64,000 bases of DNA from a virus, in the IMG/VR virus record IMGVR_UViG_3300017917_002228, positions 1 to 64,000 of that record; one strand, written 5' to 3'. The notes under the pieces are model-generated. The model had not been told where the DNA came from. It saw only the letters and a program-made list of their open reading frames with translations, and made no database searches. The position numbers were made by a program, and so were the translations under genes. Positions 37,680 through 47,477 of the stretch are shown piece by piece; within the stretch, counting starts at the first letter, position 1; each line of letters starts with the position of its first letter.

Positions 37680-37860
37680 AATGCATATGATTCCCCAAGT
37701 TATTATTGACTGCGCTGAGAACTTTGTTAATACAAAGAATGAAAATTCGCGTGTTGCTTACGAGACTAGACTTATTGCTATTAAAGAGTATTGTGACTTT
37801 ATGCTTAAGCAACGTTCTAGCATTACTGATACATTTGGTAATAAGAGAAGCCGTAAATGA
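37666..37860 (+). CDS. Hypothetical protein
   Basis: Fills the gp55-gp47 gap with overlaps. Confidence 0.55.
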   Translation: MNKNRMHMIPQVIIDCAENFVNTKNENSRVAYETRLIAIKEYCDFMLKQRSSITDTFGNKRSRK

Positions 37861-38921
37861 AAATTGCACTCATTACTGATACGCACTGGGGAGTCCGAAA
37901 CGACTCTCCGGTGATGCATAATTATATGAAAAGGTTTCTGGATAATGTCTTCTTTCCTCAATTGGATGCTAATGATGTGGAGTATATTATCCATCTTGGT
38001 GATTTGGTTGATCGCCGTAAGTTCATTAATTATAGCACTGCGTCACGTCTTCGAAAAGATTTTTTAGATCCAATTGCTCATTCAGGAAGACATTTATACA
38101 TTATTGCTGGTAATCACGACACATATTATAAAAACACAAATGAGCTCAACTCTCTTCGTGAAATATTGTGGGGCTACAATAATGTTTTTATATATGATAA
38201 TGAACCTGATATTATTGAATTTGATGATTTAAAAATTCTTATGCTTCCTTGGATATGCGCAGAAAATAAAGACATATGCATGAAAGCAATTGAGAAAACT
38301 GATGCTCCTATTTTAATGGGTCATCTTGAACTTAACGGCTTTGAGATGTATAGAGGACATATTAATGACCATGGTGACGATCCGAAACTATTTGATAAGT
38401 TCGATATTGTCTGTTCTGGCCACTACCACACTCGCAGTAATAATGGTAACATTTATTATCTTGGGACTCCTTGCGAGTACACTTGGTCTGATTACAACGA
38501 CCCTAAAGGCTTTCATATCTTGGATACTGAGACCAGACAGTTACAGTTTATTCCTAATCCTGATACTCTTTTTGTTAAGCATCATTATGATGACTTAAAT
38601 AAAGAGATGGATGATGTGCTTTTATTCGACGATAAAGACTTTAAGGGTAAATACGTTAAGGTTATTATCCGAAACAAGACTAATCCGTATTGGTTCGATA
38701 CTGTAATTGATCGTATGGAAAAGATTGGTGTAGCTGATCTACAAGTAGTTGAAGATCACTTCCATCTCGATCTTGAAGAAGATTCTGATATTGTAAACGA
38801 AGCAGAAGATACTATGACTATTCTTCGTAAGTTTATTACAGGTCTTCAGTTTAATACGGATAAGAAAAGAGTTGAAAACATTATTCAAAACCTCTATATT
38901 GAAGCACAGGCCATTGAGTAA
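37857..38921 (+). CDS. gp47: Recombination endonuclease gp47 (Mre11-like)
   Basis: DTHWG; GDLVD; GNHD; SGHYH. Confidence 0.95.
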   Translation: MKIALITDTHWGVRNDSPVMHNYMKRFLDNVFFPQLDANDVEYIIHLGDLVDRRKFINYSTASRLRKDFLDPIAHSGRHLYIIAGNHDTYYKNTNELNSLREILWGYNNVFIYDNEPDIIEFDDLKILMLPWICAENKDICMKAIEKTDAPILMGHLELNGFEMYRGHINDHGDDPKLFDKFDIVCSGHYHTRSNNGNIYYLGTPCEYTWSDYNDPKGFHILDTETRQLQFIPNPDTLFVKHHYDDLNKEMDDVLLFDDKDFKGKYVKVIIRNKTNPYWFDTVIDRMEKIGVADLQVVEDHFHLDLEEDSDIVNEAEDTMTILRKFITGLQFNTDKKRVENIIQNLYIEAQAIE

Positions 38922-38927
38922 TATTGC

Positions 38928-40643
38928 ATGATTTTGTTTAATACCATTCGTTGGAAGAACTTTCTATCTACAGGAAATAGCTTTACTGAGATTAATCTCA
39001 ATAAAGCTCCTACGACTCTAATTGTTGGTGAGAATGGTGCAGGGAAGTCAACTATGCTTGACGCCCTTTCTTTTGTTCTCTATAATAAGCCATTTCGTAA
39101 GATCAATAAGCCCCAGCTACTCAATTCGATTAACAAAAAAGATCTTCGGGTCGAGATTGAGTTTAGTATTGGGCCAGGCAAATATAAGATCATTCGTGGT
39201 CTTAAGCCTGCTGTATTTGAAGTTTACCAGAACGGTAAATTACTTAACCAGGATGCTGACAGTAAAGACTATCAGGAGGTTCTCGAGAAGCAAATTCTCA
39301 AACTGAATCATAAGTCTTTCTGTCAGGTTGTGGTGCTTGGTAGCGCGTCTTTTGTTCCTTTCATGCAGCTATCAGCACAGAATCGTCGAGAAGTTATTGA
39401 AGACCTTTTGGATATTCAAATCTTCTCGACGATGAACTCTTTGCTTAAACAGAAGATAAACGATAACAGCAGCACGCTGATGAAGGTCGAATATGATTAT
39501 GATTTGGTCTCCGAAAAAATTAAGATGCAACAAGCACACATCGATGCAATGCAGAAAAATACCGAAGAGCAGATCGCCAAGCTTAAATCCGATTTATCCG
39601 ATTACACCCAGCAGATCGACAGTGAAAAGGCTCTTGCTGACGAAAAGGATAGGGCTATACAATCTCTCCAGATCACAATTAGCGATAAAGAGTTGGTTGA
39701 AAAGAAACATGAAAAGCTTAAAGACCTCGAACGTCAACTCAAAGACAAAATTAAAAAGATACAAAACGAAACAGAGTTCTTCTCCTCTCACGATAACTGC
39801 CCTACGTGCAAACAAACTATTGATGATAGATTTAAGTGTGAAACATTATTGGAGAAAGAAAATCAGAGTCGAGAAGTATCAGACGGTATCGAAAAACTCC
39901 AGCAGGAGATTAAGGCTATCGTGGATAGAATCAGTGAGATATCTCAGATCACTTCTCAAATAACTGATTTGAATATTGAGAAAATTACTCATCATAACAG
40001 CGTGCAAGGCTTAATGAAGCAATGTAAAAAGATTGCTACAGAGATTGAAGAACTACAGAAGAAGTCTGATGATTACGCTATCAACGATGATATGATGAAA
40101 GAGCTTGACGATAAGCTTAACTCACTTTCAAACGAGAAGGCAGAACTGCTTCGTGATAAAGATGCATTACAAGTCGCTTCTATTATCCTAAAAGATACTG
40201 GCATTAAGGCTCGTATTATTAAGCAGTATGTACCTGTTATTAATAAACTAATTAACAAGTATTTGGCTGCAATGGACTTCTTCGTTAACTTTGAACTGGA
40301 TGAGAACTTCAATGAAACTATCAAGTCGAGATTTAGAGACGAATTCTCGTATGCCTCTTTCTCAGAGGGTGAAAAGATGCGTATTAACTTGGCTATACTT
40401 TTCACCTGGCGAGCTGTTGCTAAGCTTCGCAATAGCGCTAGCACTAACCTTCTTATCATGGACGAAGTATTGGACGGTTCATTAGACTCAAATGGTACAG
40501 ATGAGTTCCTAAAGATCCTAAACAACTTGACTATTGATACAAATACCTTTATAATTAGTCACAAAGTTGATACTATGTATGATAAGTTTGCAAACGTAAT
40601 CAAGTTTGAAAAACACAAAAACTTTTCGAGGATGGCAGCATGA
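38928..40643 (+). CDS. gp46: Recombination ATPase gp46 (Rad50-like)
   Basis: GENGAGKS; CPTC hook; FSEGEK; MDEVLDGSLD. Confidence 0.96.
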   Translation: MILFNTIRWKNFLSTGNSFTEINLNKAPTTLIVGENGAGKSTMLDALSFVLYNKPFRKINKPQLLNSINKKDLRVEIEFSIGPGKYKIIRGLKPAVFEVYQNGKLLNQDADSKDYQEVLEKQILKLNHKSFCQVVVLGSASFVPFMQLSAQNRREVIEDLLDIQIFSTMNSLLKQKINDNSSTLMKVEYDYDLVSEKIKMQQAHIDAMQKNTEEQIAKLKSDLSDYTQQIDSEKALADEKDRAIQSLQITISDKELVEKKHEKLKDLERQLKDKIKKIQNETEFFSSHDNCPTCKQTIDDRFKCETLLEKENQSREVSDGIEKLQQEIKAIVDRISEISQITSQITDLNIEKITHHNSVQGLMKQCKKIATEIEELQKKSDDYAINDDMMKELDDKLNSLSNEKAELLRDKDALQVASIILKDTGIKARIIKQYVPVINKLINKYLAAMDFFVNFELDENFNETIKSRFRDEFSYASFSEGEKMRINLAILFTWRAVAKLRNSASTNLLIMDEVLDGSLDSNGTDEFLKILNNLTIDTNTFIISHKVDTMYDKFANVIKFEKHKNFSRMAA

Positions 40644-40933
40644 GTAGAGATTACGAAAGAGGTTATAGTGACGGCTTTGAAGCCGGCTTTAAAATGGCCG
40701 AACGTTTTCATAATAATAAAATAACCGAACATAAGCAAGTTATCGCTCCTGATTATAAATGTATTAAGTGTGGTAAAGTTTTTGAAGCAAATAAAGTATA
40801 TAATTTTGTTTGTGCACATCCACAATGTCCATCTATAATGACATGTCTTACCTCAACAACAATGGGTGCAGTAGGATCATCAGAATATCCAACAACACCA
40901 CCAGGCGCAGTAGGAGCAGCAGGACCTGTATGA
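40640..40933 (+). CDS. Hypothetical Zn-ribbon protein
   Basis: CIKC...CAHPQC; ATGA-coupled. Confidence 0.55.
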   Translation: MSRDYERGYSDGFEAGFKMAERFHNNKITEHKQVIAPDYKCIKCGKVFEANKVYNFVCAHPQCPSIMTCLTSTTMGAVGSSEYPTTPPGAVGAAGPV

Positions 40934-41115
40934 GTAATTTTGAAGAAGAATATAGAAACTGGCACACACGTCTTTCATATATTAAGTCAGCAGCTCGTAT
41001 TGGTGGTTGTGTAGGAGTAATTTTTATTACCCATGCTACTCTACTACCAGTAACTATTTTAGCAACATCATTTTTAGTAGCAGAAATTATTGGTATAGCA
41101 GAGGAATGGGTATAA
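40930..41115 (+). CDS. Small membrane protein
   Basis: Hydrophobic C-terminal half; ATGA-coupled. Confidence 0.6.
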   Translation: MSNFEEEYRNWHTRLSYIKSAARIGGCVGVIFITHATLLPVTILATSFLVAEIIGIAEEWV

Positions 41116-41372
41116 TGACTGATATCGATAAAAAAACCGGCTTTAGAGTGGGCGATTATTTTGTTTCGTTTCCTGAAGATGAATTTATTAAAGAAGATCC
41201 AGAAACAGGCGGTATGTATGTGCTTGTAGATATATTCAGACTCGACCGTGATAATAATGCGTTCAGAGTTGAACAAAGTGATATAACACCAGAGATTGAA
41301 CATCTTGTCAATACAGAAATTAATAAAATGTTGACAGCAGCAATAGCCGAGCTTGAGAAGGCAGATAAATAG
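41115..41372 (+). CDS. Hypothetical acidic protein
   Basis: TAATG-coupled; GAGG RBS. Confidence 0.6.
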   Translation: MTDIDKKTGFRVGDYFVSFPEDEFIKEDPETGGMYVLVDIFRLDRDNNAFRVEQSDITPEIEHLVNTEINKMLTAAIAELEKADK

Positions 41373-41417
41373 TTTACCAGTGCCCTTCCACTGGTCAACC
41401 AAAACTAGGAGCAATCA

Positions 41418-42263
41418 ATGTCTAAAATTAAAGTAGCTGAACTGTTTTACTCACTTCAAGGTGAGGGACAGTACTTAGGAACTCCAAGCATTTTTCTAAG
41501 AGTGTTTGGATGTAACTTTCAATGCGCAGGCTTTTCTATGCCTCGCGGTCAAAAATCAGAAGAACGTTTAGCAGTAGATCCTTCTAAGTATGAACGCTAT
41601 GAGGACCTTCCTCTTGTTCACACAGGGTGTGATTCATATGCTTCTTGGGATGTGCGCTTTAAAAAGCTCTCACCAATGCTTTCTGTTCAGCAGATTGTAG
41701 ATAAGATGGAAGAACTACTACCTGATGGTAAGTTTGGTAATGATAAGCATCTTATTCTTACAGGTGGTGAACCTCTTCTTGGATGGCAGCGTTCATATAT
41801 TGATCTCTTTGAAGAGATTAAAAGTCGTAGAATGAATCTTACTCATATTACGTTTGAGACAAATGGCACTCAGCCTCTTCAAGAAGAACTTTTACAATAT
41901 CTAAACACCGGTCCTTTTGATGTGACGTTTAGTGTATCATCAAAGCTTCCTTCATCTGGTGAAGCTTGGGAAGATGCAATTAAACCGGAAATTATTAATC
42001 AATACTATTGGGCTGGAACGTTAACCTATTTTAAATGGGTTGTATCTTCGCAAGATGATTATGATGATGTTATTCGTGCTGTAGAAGAATACGGCAAGGT
42101 GTGTGATATGGATGATATTCCTGTTTACCTTATGCCTGCTGGTGGTACTACAATGCACTATGATAATAATGAGAAGTGGGTTGCTGATCTTGCTATGAAA
42201 AATGGCTGGCGTTACTCGCCGCGTCTACAAGTTCAGCTTTGGAAGAATATGTGGGGTACGTAA
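41418..42263 (+). CDS. queE: 7-carboxy-7-deazaguanine synthase (radical SAM)
   Basis: ELFYSLQGEG; GCNFQC...GCDS; LTGGEP; ETNGT; PRLQ. Confidence 0.92.
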   Translation: MSKIKVAELFYSLQGEGQYLGTPSIFLRVFGCNFQCAGFSMPRGQKSEERLAVDPSKYERYEDLPLVHTGCDSYASWDVRFKKLSPMLSVQQIVDKMEELLPDGKFGNDKHLILTGGEPLLGWQRSYIDLFEEIKSRRMNLTHITFETNGTQPLQEELLQYLNTGPFDVTFSVSSKLPSSGEAWEDAIKPEIINQYYWAGTLTYFKWVVSSQDDYDDVIRAVEEYGKVCDMDDIPVYLMPAGGTTMHYDNNEKWVADLAMKNGWRYSPRLQVQLWKNMWGT

Positions 42264-42808
42264 TGGAATACATTGATACAAATATCACTAAATCTCCAAC
42301 AATGGAAGCAAGAATCCCTCGTACATACAAATACGTTTCAACAAAAGAATATCATGATGCATTTCCGTGCGCATATCGTCAATGGAGAGCTGATAGCCAT
42401 TGTAATTTGATTCATGGCTACAGCTTCTCTATGAAGTTTTATTTTGGTACAGATCATCTAGACGTTCGTAACTGGGTTGCTGATTATGGCGGTTTGAAAG
42501 AACTCAAGAAAGTTCTCGAAGATCAGTTTGATCATACACTACTAGTCGCTCAAGACGATCCTCATTTCGATGTATATAAGTTGCTCGAAGAAAAGAACTT
42601 GGCTAAATTAACGGTATTGCCTAAACTAGGATGTGAAGGGCTAGCTGATATGCTTTACAAATATGTAAACGGAGTCTACATTCCTGATATGTGGGGCCCT
42701 GGTGAAGCTGATCGTTTGTGGTGCTTCAGAGTTGAAGTACGTGAAACGCAGGCTAACATGGCATATCGAGTTGGTCATAGAGAATGGAATGAGGATTTGT
42801 TTGAATGA
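42263..42808 (+). CDS. queD: 6-carboxy-5,6,7,8-tetrahydropterin synthase
   Basis: HCNLIHGY; DYGGLK; FDHT; GCEGLA; VRET. Confidence 0.9.
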   Translation: MEYIDTNITKSPTMEARIPRTYKYVSTKEYHDAFPCAYRQWRADSHCNLIHGYSFSMKFYFGTDHLDVRNWVADYGGLKELKKVLEDQFDHTLLVAQDDPHFDVYKLLEEKNLAKLTVLPKLGCEGLADMLYKYVNGVYIPDMWGPGEADRLWCFRVEVRETQANMAYRVGHREWNEDLFE

Positions 42809-43494
42809 GTATATCTGAAAAGATTAAAAAAAGGATTAAAGATGCAGGCGCTCGCTTTCATGCCAATGATAACATTAGCGAATTTATTCGTGATAATGAG
42901 CGTGATGCACTCATTGAGGAACTAGCAACTAAGTTTGACGGGGTACTTCGTTCACTTATTATTGACGTTGATACTGATCCTAACTCAAAAGGAACAGCAA
43001 AGCGTCTTGCTAAGATGTATGTGAACGAGATTATGGAAGGCCGTTATTGGCCTGCTCCAGCTGTTGCAGCATTTCCTAACGATGGTTCTCACGGCACAGA
43101 TCCTTACAAGGGCATGCTCGTAGTACGTGCAGAACTAAAGTCAATGTGCTCACATCATCATCAGCCAGTTACAGGTACTGCATACATCGGTATCATTCCG
43201 AGCGGTAAAGTAATTGGATTGAGCAAATATATTCGTATTGCTCAGCATTGTGCACGTCGTGGTACATTACAAGAAGAACTGTGCGGTGATATTGCACAAG
43301 CTATTATGGAAGCAACTTCTTCTGGTAACGTAGCAGTTTACATTGAAGCTAAGCACGGATGCTGTGAGAATCGTGGTGTAATGGCTTCGAACAGTACTAC
43401 TCAAACTACAGTGCTCCATGGTATGTTCCACGATGCTGGTGTTAAATCAGAGTTCTATTCGAACATTCGACTACAGAAGTATAATTGCAGTTGA
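42805..43494 (+). CDS. folE: GTP cyclohydrolase I
   Basis: SMCSHHHQP; GLSK..R; LQEE; HGCCENRG. Confidence 0.95.
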   Translation: MSISEKIKKRIKDAGARFHANDNISEFIRDNERDALIEELATKFDGVLRSLIIDVDTDPNSKGTAKRLAKMYVNEIMEGRYWPAPAVAAFPNDGSHGTDPYKGMLVVRAELKSMCSHHHQPVTGTAYIGIIPSGKVIGLSKYIRIAQHCARRGTLQEELCGDIAQAIMEATSSGNVAVYIEAKHGCCENRGVMASNSTTQTTVLHGMFHDAGVKSEFYSNIRLQKYNCS

Positions 43495-43539
43495 TTTTAT
43501 TATGCTCCTATACTAGTATTAGAGGTATAGGAGATCGTT

Positions 43540-43752
43540 ATGAAAAACTTGACATCTGAACTGAAAAGCATCTACGGCGAACGTGATCTGAATAAGAAGA
43601 GAGAGCTTGCTAAACGGTTGATCGAAAATTCGCATGCGAAAACGACAACCAAAAATCAAGCTCTCTTTCTTGTTATGAATAAGTTGAGCGTAGATAAGAT
43701 TGACCGTTTTATGACAAATTATGTTTTGTCAGGTGAAGGTATGAAGGTATGA
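43540..43752 (+). CDS. Small basic hypothetical protein
   Basis: Own promoter and AGGAG RBS inside hairpin 43505-43533. Confidence 0.65.
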   Translation: MKNLTSELKSIYGERDLNKKRELAKRLIENSHAKTTTKNQALFLVMNKLSVDKIDRFMTNYVLSGEGMKV

Positions 43753-44273
43753 TCGTTAAAAAAATACCTTATGATGATGATGTTAGGAAAGCTATTTGGC
43801 CTTCCTTCAAATTATCTCTAGAAGAAAAGCATGGTAACTCAGGCGCTATCGGTCAACGAGGCGAAGAGAATGCTATTAATTTAATTCAAGAACATTTTCC
43901 TAATATGTTTCAAGTATGCTACGATCATTCAGAAGACGTAGCAGCTCAATACCGTGGTATAGACTTGACTCTTTTTCATCGACAGGGTATTATGACTGTT
44001 GATGTTAAATCAGGTAAGACTGGTCTATACTGGGATAGAGATAACAAATACTGGTATATTACTCTACGTGAAGACTTTTTTAACAAGCGCAAAAACAATA
44101 ATGCAATCATGCATGTAGGGCCTAAGGGTGATCTTTTTGCGCTCTATAATAAATCAGAAATGGAAAAGTTCTTTATTAGTAATGAAGAGCTTTTTATAAA
44201 AGATGAATATGGCTATCGTTTAAGTATGGATGATTGGCCTGACTTTATACAGCATAACCTCCGGAGATATTAA
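43749..44273 (+). CDS. Putative PD-(D/E)XK nuclease-fold protein
   Basis: GQRGE helix; GIDL; TVDVKS. Confidence 0.5.
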   Translation: MIVKKIPYDDDVRKAIWPSFKLSLEEKHGNSGAIGQRGEENAINLIQEHFPNMFQVCYDHSEDVAAQYRGIDLTLFHRQGIMTVDVKSGKTGLYWDRDNKYWYITLREDFFNKRKNNNAIMHVGPKGDLFALYNKSEMEKFFISNEELFIKDEYGYRLSMDDWPDFIQHNLRRY

Positions 44274-45052
44274 TGAAGATAGCACATGAGGCTCCTAAAT
44301 CTATTTTTGCACACGTCCAGCGCAAGACGGATTACGATTATGCGCTAGTGCATTTGTTTGAGACTGATCCAGTCTACTATCGCTTGTTTAAAGATGCAGT
44401 TATTCAAGGACGTGAAGTTATTCTCGATAACTCTATCTTTGAATTAGGTACAGCGTTTAGTGGCGACAAGTATTACAAGTGGATTAACGAACTTAAACCT
44501 ACTTGGTATATTATTCCAGATGTTCTAGGCGATAGAACAGCTACCATGGAAAGCATGGATAGATGGCTTTCTACTTATAAAGTAGAGGGTGTAAAGTCTA
44601 TTGGTGTTGTTCAAGGCAGCAATTATGATGAGGTTGTTAGATGTTATCTTGAACTAGCTCCTAAGGTTGATAAGGTTGCTATCTCATTTGATTATCAGTT
44701 CTTTGTTTCTGGTATTAATAACAAGTACGTAGACTATATGGCAGGTCGTATTAGTCTTATTAAACGTCTTTTAGATGAAAAAATTATTGATGAGAATAAA
44801 CCTCATCATCTACTCGGTTGCGGTCTACCTCAAGAGTTTCAATTTTATCGTGATATGAAATATACATTTATCGATAGCATTGATACATCTAATCCAGTTG
44901 TTCACGGATTAAATCGTATTCGTTATACACCAACAGGCTTGGCAGATAAAGTTCCTACAAAGCTTATTGAATATATGGACGAAGAAGTAACTAAAGATCA
45001 ACTTAAAGATATTGATTACAACATCGCAATGTTTAGAGAATTTTGCAAATGA
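44273..45052 (+). CDS. dpdA: DpdA-like (TGT-fold) 7-deazaguanine transglycosylase
   Basis: VILDNS; IIPDV; GVVQG; HHLLG; DSIDTS; embedded among que genes. Confidence 0.75.
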   Translation: MKIAHEAPKSIFAHVQRKTDYDYALVHLFETDPVYYRLFKDAVIQGREVILDNSIFELGTAFSGDKYYKWINELKPTWYIIPDVLGDRTATMESMDRWLSTYKVEGVKSIGVVQGSNYDEVVRCYLELAPKVDKVAISFDYQFFVSGINNKYVDYMAGRISLIKRLLDEKIIDENKPHHLLGCGLPQEFQFYRDMKYTFIDSIDTSNPVVHGLNRIRYTPTGLADKVPTKLIEYMDEEVTKDQLKDIDYNIAMFREFCK

Positions 45053-45573
45053 AATGGATAGCATTATTCAGCCAAACAGGAAGTGAGATTAACCGTATTG
45101 CAGAAGCATTAGGCCGTTGGCCTGACGCAGTTTTGACTAATAATCGCGATCTTAACGACTGGGAAGATTATATAGATCTTACCGAAACCTCTGTGTTTAT
45201 TTCTAATACAGAAGGTATTAATAATGCACTCCGTAAAGCAGATCGTGCATTTGTAACGCTACACGGATATCTTCGTATTATACCAGCCGATATTTGTAAA
45301 CGTCATAAAATATATAACGGGCACCCTGCTCTTATTAGTGAGTATCCAGAACTAAAAGGTAAAGATCCTCAAGAGCGAGTCTGGTTAGCAGGTAAGGAAA
45401 TTTATCCTAATATAGGTTCTGTAGTACATGAGTGTACACCAGAGCTTGATGGTGGTAAGATTATTAGTGTTGCGATGGATTTTAATCATTGCAATACTAA
45501 GCAAGAGTTGTATAATAAGCTTAAAGAGACTTCTCTCAAAGCTTGGACTTTCTTTCTGGAGACGCGTCTATGA
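45049..45573 (+). CDS. PurN-like formyltransferase, candidate preQ1 formyltransferase (DpdN-type)
   Basis: ALFSQTGS; LHGYLRII; NGHPAL...LKG; VH..TPELDGG.II. Confidence 0.8.
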   Translation: MKWIALFSQTGSEINRIAEALGRWPDAVLTNNRDLNDWEDYIDLTETSVFISNTEGINNALRKADRAFVTLHGYLRIIPADICKRHKIYNGHPALISEYPELKGKDPQERVWLAGKEIYPNIGSVVHECTPELDGGKIISVAMDFNHCNTKQELYNKLKETSLKAWTFFLETRL

Positions 45574-45815
45574 CTAAGAATGCTATTCGTCCTTCTCATT
45601 ATAAGGCAGACGGCTGTAAGTATGAGTGTATTGAAGTAATTGAAGAGTTGTGCGGTCTGTCTAATAATGATCGTTTTACTGATTATAATCGCTTTCAGGC
45701 ATTTAAGTACGTATGGCGTGCTGGTATGAAAGATCCTGTGTTGCAGGATTTAAAGAAGGCTAAACAGTTTATTGAATTTGCTATTGCTTACGAGGAAAAT
45801 AAAAATGTCAAGTGA
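45570..45815 (+). CDS. DUF3310 / T7 gp1.7-like putative nucleotide kinase
   Basis: RPSHY; ECIEVI; AFKYVWRAGMK; QDLKKA. Confidence 0.75.
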   Translation: MTKNAIRPSHYKADGCKYECIEVIEELCGLSNNDRFTDYNRFQAFKYVWRAGMKDPVLQDLKKAKQFIEFAIAYEENKNVK

Positions 45816-46728
45816 TATTATTAATCAACTAGCCAGCGTACATCTAGGTAAAGCGGGAGATGGTAGCGTTGTCAAACCGTATGTTACTCCTGATAATATT
45901 GATCCTTCTCTTCTTGTGCCTGTGCCTCGCCATCTTAATCGTACCGGGTACGGTATTGAAGACAATAATCTACCTTTTATTGGGTATGATACTTGGAACT
46001 GCTATGAGTTTAGTACTTTAACAAATAATGGCTTCCCAGTATCCGGTGTCATTCGAATTGTATATTCTTCTTATCAACCAAATATTGTTGAGTCAAAGTC
46101 GCTTAAGCTTTATTTGAACTCGTTCAATATGCATAAGAGTGGCACTACTATTCAAGACGTTATTGAGTTTGTAGAAGACCAGATTGAAGTAGATCTTCAG
46201 GGTATTGGTATTAGTGCATCAGCATGCTTTCATGATGAGACTGCAATCGTCACTCAACCTATTCAGGGTGACTTTTTGACTCTCGAAAACTTCTGCGACG
46301 TTGAGTCTATGACGTTTGACCACTATAATGAAGATCCGGCTATTCTTGAAGTAATTGATAATCCAGACTACTATGATAGTTGGAAGTCGCATTCATTGCG
46401 TTCAAACTGTCGTGTAACTAATCAGCCGGACTGGGGTGATGTTTATATTCATATTGGTGGTGATAAGACAGTAACTCCTGAATCACTCTTGCAGTACATT
46501 GTATCGATGCGTAAAGAGAATCACTTCCACGAAGAAATTTGTGAGTGTATCTACAAGCGTCTTCTCGATACTTTGAATCCAGAAGAGCTTATGGTTGCAT
46601 GTCTCTATACTCGTCGTGGTGGTATCGATATTAATCCTGTACGTGCAAAGAGTAACAGCACTTTGTTTAAGTATGCAGGTAATCTTATTCAACCAGACTT
46701 CCTTAATTATAAGACAATGAGACAATAA
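45805..46728 (+). CDS. queF: NADPH-dependent preQ0 reductase, bimodular type
   Basis: WNCYEFS; IVESKSLKLYLNSF; LRSNCRVTNQPDWG; FHEEICE; YTRRGGIDINP. Confidence 0.95.
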   Translation: MSSDIINQLASVHLGKAGDGSVVKPYVTPDNIDPSLLVPVPRHLNRTGYGIEDNNLPFIGYDTWNCYEFSTLTNNGFPVSGVIRIVYSSYQPNIVESKSLKLYLNSFNMHKSGTTIQDVIEFVEDQIEVDLQGIGISASACFHDETAIVTQPIQGDFLTLENFCDVESMTFDHYNEDPAILEVIDNPDYYDSWKSHSLRSNCRVTNQPDWGDVYIHIGGDKTVTPESLLQYIVSMRKENHFHEEICECIYKRLLDTLNPEELMVACLYTRRGGIDINPVRAKSNSTLFKYAGNLIQPDFLNYKTMRQ

Positions 46729-47477
46729 TGAATCTACAACAAGCGCTTGATAAACTTCCCAACACTGATCAGAACGTAGTATCGGTCCTCTCCGGAGGAC
46801 TCGACTCTACTATTATGACTTACATTCTTGTCAAGAAATATGGCAAGGATAGAGTTTTTGCTTTATCATACGACTATGGACAGAAGCAAAAGATTGAATT
46901 AGATATGGCTCGTCGTACTTGTATGTACCTCGGCATTAGTCATAAAATTCTCGATCTAGGTATTTTAGGTGAGATAGTAAAAAATGTTTCTGCTAACATT
47001 AATGGTACTGATGTCGCGATGCCTACCATTAGAGACGTTCTAGGTGATCCTCAACCGAAAACCTATGTACCGTTTCGTAATATGATCTTGAATGCTCTTG
47101 CATTCTCTTATGCAGAAGCAAATAAAGCATCTCATGTTTTTACCGGTCTTCAAGTTCACGATGAGTATGGCTACTGGGATACTACTCAGAAGTTTGTAGA
47201 TGCAATGAATGCAGTTGCTGATCAAAACCGTACTCATAAAGTTAAGATGGAAGCACCTTTTAGTCTACTATCTAAGTATGACGAATTAAAGATTGCTAAT
47301 GAACTAGGTGGAGTTAAATTAGAATATACTCTAACATGTTATAATCCGGATGAACAGGGTCGTTCATGTGGTATGTGTCCATCATGTTCAGAACGTATTC
47401 AGAACTTTATTAAAGCTGGTATGCGCGACCCGATTCCATATTCTATAGGTATTGAATGGGAAAGGTTTGTTAAGTAA
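46728..47477 (+). CDS. queC: 7-cyano-7-deazaguanine synthase
   Basis: LSGGLDS; DYGQ; YVPFRN; TCY...CGMCPSCSER. Confidence 0.95.
   Translation: MNLQQALDKLPNTDQNVVSVLSGGLDSTIMTYILVKKYGKDRVFALSYDYGQKQKIELDMARRTCMYLGISHKILDLGILGEIVKNVSANINGTDVAMPTIRDVLGDPQPKTYVPFRNMILNALAFSYAEANKASHVFTGLQVHDEYGYWDTTQKFVDAMNAVADQNRTHKVKMEAPFSLLSKYDELKIANELGGVKLEYTLTCYNPDEQGRSCGMCPSCSERIQNFIKAGMRDPIPYSIGIEWERFVK

Noticed and set aside
45049-45573. PurN as a purine-synthesis auxiliary metabolic gene
   Set aside because: No other pur genes in the window; it is coupled between the dpdA-like gene and queF, so base formylation is more likely
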